The notes below the pieces were generated by a model. That model was given only the letters and a program-made list of their open reading frames with translations, searched no databases and was not told the DNA's origin. DNA of 32,000 nucleotides from Candidatus Saccharimonadota bacterium. Lineage in GTDB: Bacteria; Pseudomonadota; Gammaproteobacteria; Enterobacterales; Enterobacteriaceae. This document shows positions 22,899 to 32,000 of the stretch, in pieces. The translations under genes were made by a program, and so were the position numbers. Location of the stretch: positions 540,001-572,000 of the forward strand of contig NZ_CP097762.1 of assembly GCF_023585745.1 (NCBI RefSeq), given 5' to 3'. The number at the start of each line of letters is the position of its first letter. Position 1 is the first letter of the stretch.

Positions 22899-24101
22899 AT
22901 GTCTCGTGTTATACACTTTCTATTAAGCTTTTCTATAATAATAATCTTATCACTATTAATTAGTAGTAATCCCAAAAATATTCGTATACGTTTTATTGTA
23001 CAAACACTCATGGTAGAAATCATACTAGGATATATCATCCTACATTCACCATCCGGATTAATAACAATTCAAAAAATATGTACTTTATTTCAGACTTTAT
23101 CAATATTTGCAGCAGAAGGCACAAATTTTGTTTTTGGACAAACATCCCGTGTTACACAACAACAAGAAACTACTAATTTCTTCTGTACAATACTATGTCC
23201 TATCATTTTTATGTCTGCAATAATTGGTGTATTAAAACACACTCGTATATTAGAATTTTTTATTAGAATAATCGGAACTATCTTATCTAAAATAAATGGT
23301 ATGGGAAAATTAGAATCCTTCAATGCTATCAGTTCTCTAATATTAGGACAATCTGAAAATTTTATAATTTATAAAGATATAATACAAAATATATCTGCTC
23401 CGCGTATGTACACTATGGCAATAACTGCAATGTCTACGGTTTCTCTCTCTATAACAGGAGTATATATAACAATGTTGAACCCAACATATGTTATTGCTGC
23501 ACTAGTCTTAAATATGTTTAGTACCTTTATTATTGTATCATTAATCAATCCTTATGTAATAAAACCAGATCAAGATTTAAACATACTGAGTATATTTACT
23601 AACGATAAACAAAATATCTTTGAAATTATAGGAGAATATATTTTAATTGGGTTTAAAATAGCTGTCACTGTTGCTGCAATGTTAATAGGATTTATTGCAA
23701 TCATTTCTGCTTGTAATGCAATATTTGAAAATTTATTCCATATATCGTTACAAAAACTATTAGGTTACATATTCTATCCATTAATTTGGGTCATGGGCAT
23801 ACCAAAATGCGAAATATTACAAATTAGTAGTATTATAGCTACCAAACTAATATCTAATGAATTTATTGCTATAATATATCTAAATAAAATCTCTAATACT
23901 TTATCTCCTAATACAATTGCTGCAATATCAGTTTTTCTGGTTTCATTTGCTAACTTTTCATCTATTGGAATTATCATAGGATCTATCAAAGGAATAAATA
24001 CAATGCAAGGCAACCTAATATCCGGCTATAGCTTTAAACTAATATACAGCTCAACATTAATTAATATATTATCAGCAATAATTACGCAACTTATTATATA
24101 A
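22899..24101 (+). CDS. nupC: Nucleoside:H+ symporter (CNT family)
   Basis: 400-aa ORF (E. coli NupC is 400 aa). MSRVIHFLLSF..., GMGKLESFNAISSLILGQSENFIIYKD and FLVSFANFSSIGII are collinear. It is divergent from mntH, as in E. coli. Confidence 0.94.
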   Translation: MSRVIHFLLSFSIIIILSLLISSNPKNIRIRFIVQTLMVEIILGYIILHSPSGLITIQKICTLFQTLSIFAAEGTNFVFGQTSRVTQQQETTNFFCTILCPIIFMSAIIGVLKHTRILEFFIRIIGTILSKINGMGKLESFNAISSLILGQSENFIIYKDIIQNISAPRMYTMAITAMSTVSLSITGVYITMLNPTYVIAALVLNMFSTFIIVSLINPYVIKPDQDLNILSIFTNDKQNIFEIIGEYILIGFKIAVTVAAMLIGFIAIISACNAIFENLFHISLQKLLGYIFYPLIWVMGIPKCEILQISSIIATKLISNEFIAIIYLNKISNTLSPNTIAAISVFLVSFANFSSIGIIIGSIKGINTMQGNLISGYSFKLIYSSTLINILSAIITQLII

Positions 24102-24191
24102 ATTAACTTATATCACATATTCCATTACTCTTAAAATTTAAAATCAATATAAAATATCCATATGTATACATACATGACCATTAAATAAATT

Positions 24192-24264
24192 TGGAGTCAA
24201 GCGGATTCGAACCGCTGGCCTTTTGCATGCCATGCAAACACTCTACCATCTGAGCTATGACCCC
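24192..24264 (-). tRNA. alaW: tRNA-Ala (anticodon GGC)
   Basis: Reverse complement: GGGGTCA TA GCTC AGATGGTA GAGT G TTTGC ATGGCAT GCAAA AGGCC AGCGG TTCGAAT CCGCT TGACTCC A. Anticodon GGC, the G3:U70 alanine identity pair is present, 73 nt, CCA not encoded. One copy, where E. coli has alaX-alaW next to gltX. Confidence 0.92.
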
Positions 24265-24332
24265 AAGAGCGATTTAACACATAAATAATGCACGCGCATC
24301 ACATATTTATTATAATAAATACATCCCAATAC

Positions 24333-24356
24333 AGAAGATATGCATGCATATCTTCT
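24333..24356. repeat. Perfect 24-bp palindrome AGAAGATATGCA|TGCATATCTTCT
   Basis: Direct read. It lies 69-92 nt upstream (minus sense) of tRNA-Ala and about 185 nt downstream of the gltX stop. Its proximal half overlaps the -35 position relative to a TATAAT read on the minus strand (plus-strand coordinates 24310-24315). Confidence 0.85.
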
Positions 24357-24539
24357 TATCACTACTACATGATAGATATATAATTCCAAAAATATTAGCA
24401 ATAATAAGAAAATTTTTCCATTTTATACAATTTTCTGTTTATTATGTTAAATACTATAAAATTAACAAATAACTCCCTTGCTGATCTGTTGCTACGTATT
24501 CAAAATCTAAACATCCTTTTAGATAAGAAACCATTTAAT

Positions 24540-25964
24540 TTAATAATACATACTTATAACATAATTTATTGCGTTATTAAGACGCTCTAAAACACGAGAC
24601 TTCCCTATAGTATATATAGTATCACTAATATTAGGTGATTTATCTGCTCCAATTAACACTACACGCAAAGATATACCTACCGTACTCATACTAATATTTA
24701 ATTCATTTACAATATCTTTAATAAGACATTTTATGGTATTTGGTTTCCAATGTATCAAACTATTAAATTTTTTCTTTAATAACTTTAATAATATTAAAGT
24801 TTCTTTATTTAAAGTACTTCTAGCTATTTTACTTTCAAATATATTAAAATCTTTATAAAAATAAAAACAATTTTCTGCAAGATCTTTTAAAGTATATGAA
24901 CGTTTAGCAAATAATTTTACAATATCTACTAACTTTGGTCCATTACTTATATCTAAATCTTGTTTAGAGATATATGAAAAAAAATTTTCAGCAACATAAT
25001 CGTGTGACAAATGATTCATATAAAAACGATTTAACCACAATAATTTTTTCATATTAAAAATAGCCGGAGATCTATTAATTTTATAAAAATCAAAATATTC
25101 TTGCATTTGTTGAACAGTAAAAATCTCTTGATTTCCATAAGACCATCCCAACCTTACTAAATAATTTAGTATAGCTTCTGGAAAAAAACCATTATTACGT
25201 AGCTCTATAATACTTAACTTCCCTAACCGCTTTGATATCTTTTTTTGATCATTATCTAAAACCCTTGAAACATGAGCATATATAGGTATGGAAGCATTTA
25301 AAGCTTTTAATATATTAATTTGTCTTGGAGTATTATTAATATGCTCTTCACCACGAATTATATGAGTAATATTCATATCCATATCATCTACTACAACACA
25401 AAAATTATATGTAGGAGATCCATCTGCACGACAAATAATTAAATCATCTAATTCTGTATTATTAACTGTAATGGTCCCTCTAATTTTATCATGAAAAGTC
25501 ACTTTCCCGGCGGTAGGATTACAAAAACGTATTACATAAGGATATTGCATGCCAAAAACATTATTCATGGTTTTAGTGCGTACAAAACGGCAATAACCAT
25601 CGTATCTTGGCTTATCTCTATTTTTAATTTGATTTGATCGTAATAATTCTAATCTTTCTGCAGAACAATAACACTTGTACGCAATTCCATGTTTTATCAT
25701 ATAATCTATAACTAATTTATAACGAGCCATACGATTTCTTTGATAATATGGCCCTTCATCCCAATCTAAATTTAACCATTTCATATCTTCCAGAATAGAT
25801 TTAGCAAAATCACTAGATGAACGTTGTTCATCAGAATCTTCTATACGCAATAAAAATTTACCGCCATTCTTACGCGCATATAACCAAGCATATAAAGCAG
25901 TACGAATATTACCAATATGCATAAAACCAGTAGGACTTGGGGCAAATCGAGTTTTAACACACAT
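24540..25964 (-). CDS. gltX: Glutamate--tRNA ligase
   Basis: 474-aa ORF. TRFAPSPTGFMHIGNIRTALY (HIGH motif), DGSPTYNFCVVVDD, HINNTPRQINILKAL and KISKR (KMSKS motif) are collinear with E. coli GluRS (471 aa). Confidence 0.96.
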   Translation of the reverse strand: MCVKTRFAPSPTGFMHIGNIRTALYAWLYARKNGGKFLLRIEDSDEQRSSSDFAKSILEDMKWLNLDWDEGPYYQRNRMARYKLVIDYMIKHGIAYKCYCSAERLELLRSNQIKNRDKPRYDGYCRFVRTKTMNNVFGMQYPYVIRFCNPTAGKVTFHDKIRGTITVNNTELDDLIICRADGSPTYNFCVVVDDMDMNITHIIRGEEHINNTPRQINILKALNASIPIYAHVSRVLDNDQKKISKRLGKLSIIELRNNGFFPEAILNYLVRLGWSYGNQEIFTVQQMQEYFDFYKINRSPAIFNMKKLLWLNRFYMNHLSHDYVAENFFSYISKQDLDISNGPKLVDIVKLFAKRSYTLKDLAENCFYFYKDFNIFESKIARSTLNKETLILLKLLKKKFNSLIHWKPNTIKCLIKDIVNELNISMSTVGISLRVVLIGADKSPNISDTIYTIGKSRVLERLNNAINYVISMYY

Positions 25965-26066
25965 AAATACCTATACCTATCTGTCCATATATATTATTAT
26001 ATAATAAATATTGTTTTAATTAATTATACAAAAATATAACTAAAAATTAATGAAAAAATCTACTTA

Positions 26067-26117
26067 AATTTTATTTTTTTAAAAAACCATTGACTCATGT
26101 TGACGAACAAATATAAT
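26067..26117 (+). promoter_or_regulatory. Candidate sigma70 promoter with an A/T UP-like tract for the tRNA-Val/tRNA-Lys unit
   Basis: TTGACT (26090-26095), a 16-nt spacer, then TATAAT (26112-26117). It is preceded by aaattttatttttttaaaaaa (26067-26087). The predicted start is about 15 nt upstream of tRNA-Val (26140). Divergent from gltX, as with E. coli gltX/valU. Confidence 0.55.
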
Positions 26118-26139
26118 TCAAACCAACAACACAAAAATA

Positions 26140-26214
26140 AGGTGATTAGCTCAGATTGGTTAGAGCATCTCCCTTACAAGGAGAGGGTCGGCGGTTCGAA
26201 TCCGCCATCACCTA
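26140..26214 (+). tRNA. valU: tRNA-Val (anticodon TAC)
   Basis: AGGTGAT TA GCTC AGATTGGTTA GAGC A TCTCC CTTACAA GGAGA GGGTC GGCGG TTCGAAT CCGCC ATCACCT A. 75 nt, CCA not encoded. It resembles E. coli tRNA-Val(UAC) but has an A1:U72 terminal pair where I recall G1:C72. Confidence 0.9.
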
Positions 26215-26258
26215 TATACTATGCTAAAATCAATACAGTCAACATATATAACAACATC

Positions 26259-26331
26259 GGGTCGTTAGCTCAGATGGTAGAGCAGTTGACTTTTAATCAA
26301 TTGGCCGCAGGTTCGAATCCTGCACGACCCA
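26259..26331 (+). tRNA. lysV: tRNA-Lys (anticodon TTT)
   Basis: GGGTCGT TA GCTC AGATGGTA GAGC A GTTGA CTTTTAA TCAAT TGGCC GCAGG TTCGAAT CCTGC ACGACCC A. 73 nt, CCA not encoded. It follows tRNA-Val, as in the E. coli valU-valX-valY-lysV cluster. Confidence 0.93.
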
Positions 26332-26483
26332 AAATTAGTATATACATATTTTATTATATTTATCATAATACAATATTATCACTCAATAATAATATTAAAA
26401 ATATCTAAAACTTAATTCAGTGAAGTTAAATATAAGTATATATAACATCATTAGTACTTATATTTATTTATATAAATATATTT

Positions 26484-28274
26484 TTATATAATAGAGTACA
26501 AATTTATACCAATAGAAGGCTCAAAAAATTTTTTAATATTTTTCATATTATCTGAGTCTCTAAAAAAATAATATATATTTTCAGCAATTATTGGGCCTAT
26601 ATATTCTAAAGACGACAAAGATTCAAAATCAGCAGTAACCAAATTTTCAAATTTTTTATATGAAAGCGCTAAATTAGTAGCAATTGATTCCCCTACGTTA
26701 TAAATACCTAATGCATATATAAATCGCGCTAACGTCACTTTTTTAGAAGATTCAATAGCTGTTAACAAACGTTCAATACTTAACATACTCAATCTATTTA
26801 AAGCGAGTAATTCATGCTTTTTTAGCACGAACAAATCTGAAAGAGTAGATATTAATTTTTTATCAACCAATTGATCTATTATCTTACTCCCTATCCCTGA
26901 AATATTCATAGCCTTTCTAGACACAAAATGTCTAAACATTGCTTTTCTTTGTGCAAGACACGATAATCCAGCATTACAACGTAAAATTGATGTATGATAT
27001 CGAGCTATAATTTTTGTTCCACATTCCGGACATAAATATGGAAACTCTATACTTTTCGCATAATTGGTACGTTTTGACATTACTACATCCAAAATTTTTG
27101 GGATAACATCACCAGATCTTTGAATACGTACCGTATCACCAATCATTAATCCTAATTTTTTTACTGAATTTATATTATGAATATTAACTTTTCTAATGAC
27201 AACACTAGAAATTACAATAGGATCTATATATGCAATGGGAGTAATAATACCAGTCCGACCTACTTGAAATGCTACTCGACGCACTTTAGTCAATCCTATT
27301 ACTGGTGGAAATTTATAAGCAATGGCCCAATTTGGAGCTTTAGATCCACAACCTAATTTATTTTGAAATAAGCAACTATTTACTTTAATCACGACTCCAT
27401 CAATATTAAAATGTAAATCAGATCGAATTATTTTCATATTAGAATAATATGCCAATATTTGATCTATTTTACTATATAAAAATATGTGTTCACTCACAGG
27501 GAATCCCCAAGATCTACATAACTGTAATCTTTTCCAATGACTATCTGGCAAATCCAATTTACCAGAAAAATAACCAATACCATAGCAATAAAAACTTAAG
27601 AAACTTGTAAGTTTAACATCAGAATTTAACTGACGTAATAAACCTGATGCAGCATTTCTAGCATTAGAAAAAATTTTTTCTCCCTTTTGCACTTTAATTT
27701 CATTTAATTTTAAAAAAGATTCTTTAGATATAAACACTTCCCCTCTAATTTCTAATATATTTGGAAAAGTATTATTGAAATTAACACAATTATAATTCTG
27801 TAAACAAATAGGTATTGATGGTATGACACGCGCGGTTTTAGTGATATCTTCTCCTATTATGCCATCACCCCGAGTTGCCGCATACACTAATTTTCCATTT
27901 TTATATAATAAACTAGAAGCCAATCCATCTATTTTTAATTCACAACAATACGTAATATCGCAAGTACTATGCAGATTTTTTTTAATTCTTTTGTCAAAAA
28001 ATATCAACTTTGATTCTTCAATTACACTATTTAAAGATAACATAGGTATCTTATGACGTATTTTTTTAAAACTTTTCTGTGGCATTCCGCCTACACGACA
28101 AGTAGAAGAATCATCTGTCACTAGATATGGATATATCTTCTCTAATCTCTGTAACTCTAATAATACTGCATCATATTGTTCATCAGATACCACAGGCTCA
28201 TTTTTTACGTAGTATAAATATTCCCAATAACGTAATTTTTGCTTTAATTTTTTTGCTTTTTTAAAAAAATTCAT
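26484..28274 (-). CDS. ligA: NAD+-dependent DNA ligase, C-terminally short (no BRCT domain)
   Basis: 596-aa ORF. It has a domain Ia-like N-terminus (YWEYLYYVKNEPVVSDEQYD), the adenylation motif CELKIDGLA, the four-Cys zinc finger CPECG...RCNAGLSCLAQ, and an HhH region. It ends about where the E. coli (671 aa) BRCT domain would begin. Confidence 0.94.
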   Translation of the reverse strand: MNFFKKAKKLKQKLRYWEYLYYVKNEPVVSDEQYDAVLLELQRLEKIYPYLVTDDSSTCRVGGMPQKSFKKIRHKIPMLSLNSVIEESKLIFFDKRIKKNLHSTCDITYCCELKIDGLASSLLYKNGKLVYAATRGDGIIGEDITKTARVIPSIPICLQNYNCVNFNNTFPNILEIRGEVFISKESFLKLNEIKVQKGEKIFSNARNAASGLLRQLNSDVKLTSFLSFYCYGIGYFSGKLDLPDSHWKRLQLCRSWGFPVSEHIFLYSKIDQILAYYSNMKIIRSDLHFNIDGVVIKVNSCLFQNKLGCGSKAPNWAIAYKFPPVIGLTKVRRVAFQVGRTGIITPIAYIDPIVISSVVIRKVNIHNINSVKKLGLMIGDTVRIQRSGDVIPKILDVVMSKRTNYAKSIEFPYLCPECGTKIIARYHTSILRCNAGLSCLAQRKAMFRHFVSRKAMNISGIGSKIIDQLVDKKLISTLSDLFVLKKHELLALNRLSMLSIERLLTAIESSKKVTLARFIYALGIYNVGESIATNLALSYKKFENLVTADFESLSSLEYIGPIIAENIYYFFRDSDNMKNIKKFFEPSIGINLYSII

Positions 28275-28494
28275 AATACTATTAATATTAAATATATTAA
28301 AAATATTATTTTTGCTAAAAAATCATCTAAAATACAAATATTTTATAATATATAATTCTGTAAAAAAACATATTTGATATTATACAAAATAACTTTAAAG
28401 ATTTATCAGCATAAATAATATTTTTATAAATATCATTTAAATTGCATTCTAACACAACACTAAATATCTATTTAACAAAAATAGGAATATTAAT

Positions 28495-29442
28495 ATGAAT
28501 AAAATTTACAAAGACAACTCTTACACTATCGGTAATACACCATTAGTTCGTCTCAATCATATAGGAAATAACTGTATTCTAGTAAAAATAGAAGCCAGAA
28601 ATCCCAGTTTTAGTGTCAAATGTCGTATTGGTGCAAATATGATTTGGGATGCAGAAAAAAGAAACTTAATAACTTCAGATACAACACTTATAGAAGCAAC
28701 TAGCGGTAATACTGGTATTGCCTTAGCCTATGTAGCGGCCGCTCGTCGCTACCAACTCATTTTAACTATGCCAGACACTATGAGTACTGAGCGCCGAAAA
28801 CTTATCACTGCATTAGGAGCTAAAATTATTCTAACGGAGGGAAAATATGGAATGGCAGGAGCTATTGCTAAAGCAGAAGAAGTTGCATATTTGTCTCCCA
28901 AAAAATATTTTTTATTAAAGCAATTCAGTAATCCTGCAAACCCAGAAATTCATGAAAAAACCACAGGACCCGAAATTTGGAATGACTCTAATGGAACAAT
29001 AGATGTATTAGTGGCCGGTGTAGGTACTGGTGGCACAATTACTGGAGTCGGCAGATTTTTAAATAAACATAGCAAAAAAATTGACAAAAAAATTACTATA
29101 GTAGCAGTAGAACCATCAGAATCGCCAGTAATTACTCAAACTCTATCTGGTCAAGATATAACACCAGGTCCACATAAAATCCAAGGTATCGGTGCAGGAT
29201 TTATTCCAAAAAATCTAGACCTAACCTTAATTGATCATGTAGAAACAGTTAGCACAGATGCTGCGATTAAACATGCTCAGCACTTAATGAAACAAGAGGG
29301 TATCTTGGCAGGAATCTCATCAGGAGCTGCGTTGGCAGCAGCAATACAATTACAAAGAAATCCTATATATTCTAATAAAAATATAGTAGTAATATTACCA
29401 TCTTCTGGAGAACGCTACTTAAGTACTATACTATTTTCATAA
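28495..29442 (+). CDS. cysK: Cysteine synthase A (O-acetylserine sulfhydrylase)
   Basis: 315-aa [24 protein letters not shown] (PLP lysine), [30 protein letters not shown] and [12 protein letters not shown] are nearly collinear with E. coli CysK. Confidence 0.96.
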   Translation: MNKIYKDNSYTIGNTPLVRLNHIGNNCILVKIEARNPSFSVKCRIGANMIWDAEKRNLITSDTTLIEATSGNTGIALAYVAAARRYQLILTMPDTMSTERRKLITALGAKIILTEGKYGMAGAIAKAEEVAYLSPKKYFLLKQFSNPANPEIHEKTTGPEIWNDSNGTIDVLVAGVGTGGTITGVGRFLNKHSKKIDKKITIVAVEPSESPVITQTLSGQDITPGPHKIQGIGAGFIPKNLDLTLIDHVETVSTDAAIKHAQHLMKQEGILAGISSGAALAAAIQLQRNPIYSNKNIVVILPSSGERYLSTILFS

Positions 29443-29456
29443 AAAAACATAAAAAT

Positions 29457-29531
29457 ATTATTCAAGCAATAAAAACATATTAGTAAAGGCGCATTTGCTC
29501 ATTACTAATATGTTTTTATTGCTTGAATAAT
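29457..29531. repeat. Perfect 30-bp inverted repeat with a 15-nt spacer (possible cysK terminator or other structured element)
   Basis: 29457-29486 attattcaagcaataaaaacatattagtaa is the exact reverse complement of 29502-29531 ttactaatatgtttttattgcttgaataat. The spacer is aggcgcatttgctca. It starts 14 nt after the cysK stop. No canonical U-run follows. Confidence 0.85.
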
Positions 29532-29757
29532 TTACAAAAATATTGAATTAATTACATTATATTAATAGAATGCTATATTTTCTACATATAAATATATTTA
29601 GTCACATTATATTTTGAACACAATATATATTGCATAACATATACTTATATAGAGTGCATAAATTAATTCAATACGTCAATTACTAACGATATTTATTAAT
29701 ATAAATTTATCGACATCATTATATGTATAATATCAATGAATTTTAAAGGAGATCAAA

Positions 29758-30015
29758 ATGTACCAAAAAGAAATTGTTATCACTACCTGTAACGGTTTAC
29801 ATACTCGACCTGCCGCTCAAGTTGTCAAAGAAGCTAAAAAATTTAATTCTGATATTAAAATTATTGCCAATGGAAAAACTGCAAACGCTAAAAGTTTATT
29901 TAAATTACAAACATTAGGATTAGTTAAAGGATTAAAAATTATTATATCAGCCCAAGGAATCGATGAAAAACACGCTGTTCAACACTTATATAAATTTATT
30001 TCTGAACTTAAATAA
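29758..30015 (+). CDS. ptsH: Phosphocarrier protein HPr
   Basis: 85-aa [24 protein letters not shown] (active-site His15 context), the same length as E. coli HPr. Strong SD AAGGAG upstream. Confidence 0.96.
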   Translation: MYQKEIVITTCNGLHTRPAAQVVKEAKKFNSDIKIIANGKTANAKSLFKLQTLGLVKGLKIIISAQGIDEKHAVQHLYKFISELK

Positions 30016-30071
30016 TAAAAAATAATAAAATAAACATAATTAATTATCTACCACTTCAAAAGGGTACAATC

Positions 30072-31784
30072 ATGACTGCCGGCATTCCAGTATCACCTGG
30101 CATCGCCTTCGGAAAAGCGCTGCTACTACAAGAACATAAAGTTATTATTAATTCAAAAAAAATCAGTCACGACATTATTGAACAAGAAATTCAAAAATTC
30201 CTGCATGGATTATATGATACTTCTAAGCAACTAAAAAAAATCAAGAAAAAAGCACAAAAACAGCTAAATGAAAAAAAAGAAGCAATATTAGAAGGACATA
30301 TAATGTTATTAGAAGATGAAGAACTAAAACAAGATATTATTGCTCTAATCAAAGAAGAATTATTCAGCGCTGATGCCGCAGTATATTTTGTTATTGAAAC
30401 TCAAGCTAAAGCTCTAGAAAAACTAGAAGATGAATATTTAAAAGAACGATCCACTGATGTAAGAGATATAGGAAAACGACTATTAAAAAATATATTAAAT
30501 ATACCAATCATAGATTTAAATTCTATTGACGAAGAAGTTATCATTATCGCAGAAGACCTTAGTCCATCAGAAACTGCTCAATTAAATCTAAAAAAAGTAT
30601 TAGGATTTATTACTGATAACGGCAGCAAAACCTCACATACTTCTATAATGGCGTGTTCCTTAGAGTTACCAGCGATTGTCAATACTGGTAATATCACTAA
30701 ACAAGTAACACACGGCGATTTTATAATACTCGACGCAATAAACAATAAAATTTATATCAATCCAAGTCTAGATATTATCCGACATAATACCATTTTAAAA
30801 AAAAAATATTCTGCTGAAAAACATGCGCTCAATAAACTGAAACATCTTCCTACTATTACTCTGGATCAACATCAAGTACGTATATGTGCTAACGTTGGAA
30901 CAATACAAGATATAAAAAAAGCCAAAGAAAATGGCGCAGAAGGAATCGGTCTATATAGAACTGAATTCTTATTTATGAATCGCAACACATTGCCTACAGA
31001 AGAAGAACAATTTCAAGCCTATAAAAATGCCGCAGAACTCACAAAAGATACAGCGATAGTTATACGTATCATAGATATTGGTGGAGATAAAAATTTACCT
31101 TATATGAATCTTCCAAAAGAAGATAATCCATTTCTTGGATGGCGAGCAATACGAATTATATTAAATAGAAAAGATATCTTACATACTCAGCTACGAGCTA
31201 TCTTAAGAGCTTCATTTTTTGGAAAATTACGTATAATGTATCCTATGATTATTTCAGTAGAAGAAATAAAAACTTTAAATACAGAATTAAATTCTTTAAA
31301 AACACAACTCAGAAATGAAGGAAAAAAATTTGATGAAAATATTAAAGTTGGTATAATGATAGAGACTCCAGCAGCAGCGATCATTTCGCACCTTTTAATT
31401 AAAGAAGTAGATTTTTTTAGCATAGGCACAAACGATTTAACTCAATATACTCTTGCAGTAGATCGTGGAAATAAATTTGTATCACACCTATATAATCCTA
31501 TTGCCCCATCAATATTAATTTTAATTAAACGTGTTATTGATGCCGCACATATTGCAGGAAAATGGACTGCTATGTGCGGAGAAATGGCTTGTGATGAACA
31601 CTCTACAATTTTATTGCTAGGTATGGGATTAGACGAATTTAGTATGAGCTCTACATCTATTCCGCGCATAAAAAAAATCATTCGCAACACATATTATAAT
31701 GATGCAAAAATGTTAGCAAAAAAAGTATTAAATTGTTCTACAACAGAATCAATAATGCAATTAATTATAAAAAAAACAACATAA
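30072..31784 (+). CDS. ptsI: PTS Enzyme I (phosphoenolpyruvate-protein phosphotransferase)
   Basis: 570-aa ORF collinear with E. coli PtsI (575 aa): [23 protein letters not shown] (phospho-His), [36 protein letters not shown] (catalytic Cys). Confidence 0.96.
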   Translation: MTAGIPVSPGIAFGKALLLQEHKVIINSKKISHDIIEQEIQKFLHGLYDTSKQLKKIKKKAQKQLNEKKEAILEGHIMLLEDEELKQDIIALIKEELFSADAAVYFVIETQAKALEKLEDEYLKERSTDVRDIGKRLLKNILNIPIIDLNSIDEEVIIIAEDLSPSETAQLNLKKVLGFITDNGSKTSHTSIMACSLELPAIVNTGNITKQVTHGDFIILDAINNKIYINPSLDIIRHNTILKKKYSAEKHALNKLKHLPTITLDQHQVRICANVGTIQDIKKAKENGAEGIGLYRTEFLFMNRNTLPTEEEQFQAYKNAAELTKDTAIVIRIIDIGGDKNLPYMNLPKEDNPFLGWRAIRIILNRKDILHTQLRAILRASFFGKLRIMYPMIISVEEIKTLNTELNSLKTQLRNEGKKFDENIKVGIMIETPAAAIISHLLIKEVDFFSIGTNDLTQYTLAVDRGNKFVSHLYNPIAPSILILIKRVIDAAHIAGKWTAMCGEMACDEHSTILLLGMGLDEFSMSSTSIPRIKKIIRNTYYNDAKMLAKKVLNCSTTESIMQLIIKKTT

Positions 31785-32000
31785 TTATCATTATCGATAT
31801 AATAATGCAAAATATAAACACACTTTCATCAAAAAAAATTTTAACAACATGTAAAAAATACTAATTTTCATTAATTAATACTAATTTATTATTATACTAT
31901 TTTATGTGCTAGTATTGTTATGTTTATACACATAAATCTTAGTCTCTATTTATGGCCACTACACTAGAATAACATATATCACAACACCTAATATTATTAT

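Noticed and set aside
23090-24013. Minus-strand ORFs 23090..23323 and 23774..24013 inside nupC
   Set aside because: Antisense shadow ORFs within a conserved transporter gene.
26097-26408. 103-aa plus-strand ORF
   Set aside because: It reads straight through the tRNA-Val and tRNA-Lys genes. The GC-richer tRNA sequence simply lacks stop codons.
27823-28056. 77-aa plus-strand ORF antisense to ligA, and 31187..31429 and 31442..31690 antisense to ptsI
   Set aside because: Shadow ORFs within conserved CDS.
1-32000. Scan for CRISPR arrays, IS elements or transposases, integrases, phage genes, toxin-antitoxin or defence systems
   Set aside because: No regularly spaced direct repeats and no ORFs outside the housekeeping set. 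Every sizeable ORF is accounted for by a conserved enterobacterial core gene.

Overview
This is an AT-rich window (roughly 25-30% G+C by eye) with the look of a reduced-genome gammaproteobacterial (Enterobacterales-derived) obligate endosymbiont. Blochmannia-like is a guess and cannot be confirmed without a database search. It holds about 26 housekeeping CDS and 4 tRNAs. As I recall E. coli K-12 gene order, they are essentially collinear with the 51-54 min region: nuoL(partial)-K-J-I-H-G-F-E-CD-B-A, folC, accD, truA, pdxB, fabB, prmB, aroC, tRNA-Arg(CCU), mntH, nupC, tRNA-Ala(GGC), gltX, tRNA-Val(UAC), tRNA-Lys(UUU), ligA, cysK, ptsH, ptsI. Many E. coli neighbours are missing and are replaced by long AT-rich spacers with no ORFs. 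I saw no mobile elements, CRISPR arrays, prophage or toxin/defence genes, and I found no evidence of a novel multi-gene system. The most interesting signals are sequence-level lesions in the first two cistrons of the NADH dehydrogenase I operon. nuoB has two mutually compensating frameshifts, each inside a homopolymer run. nuoA is frameshifted inside a (TA)7 microsatellite. In both genes the displaced segments still encode clearly conserved protein sequence. Secondary observations are a perfect 30-bp inverted repeat just after cysK, a perfect 24-bp palindrome upstream of tRNA-Ala, an MntR-operator-like sequence upstream of mntH, a near-consensus promoter with an UP-like tract for the tRNA-Val/Lys unit, a LigA lacking the BRCT domain, a local prmB-aroC inversion relative to E. 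coli, and no crr directly after ptsI. All homology statements come from my recollection of E. coli protein sequences. No searches were run.
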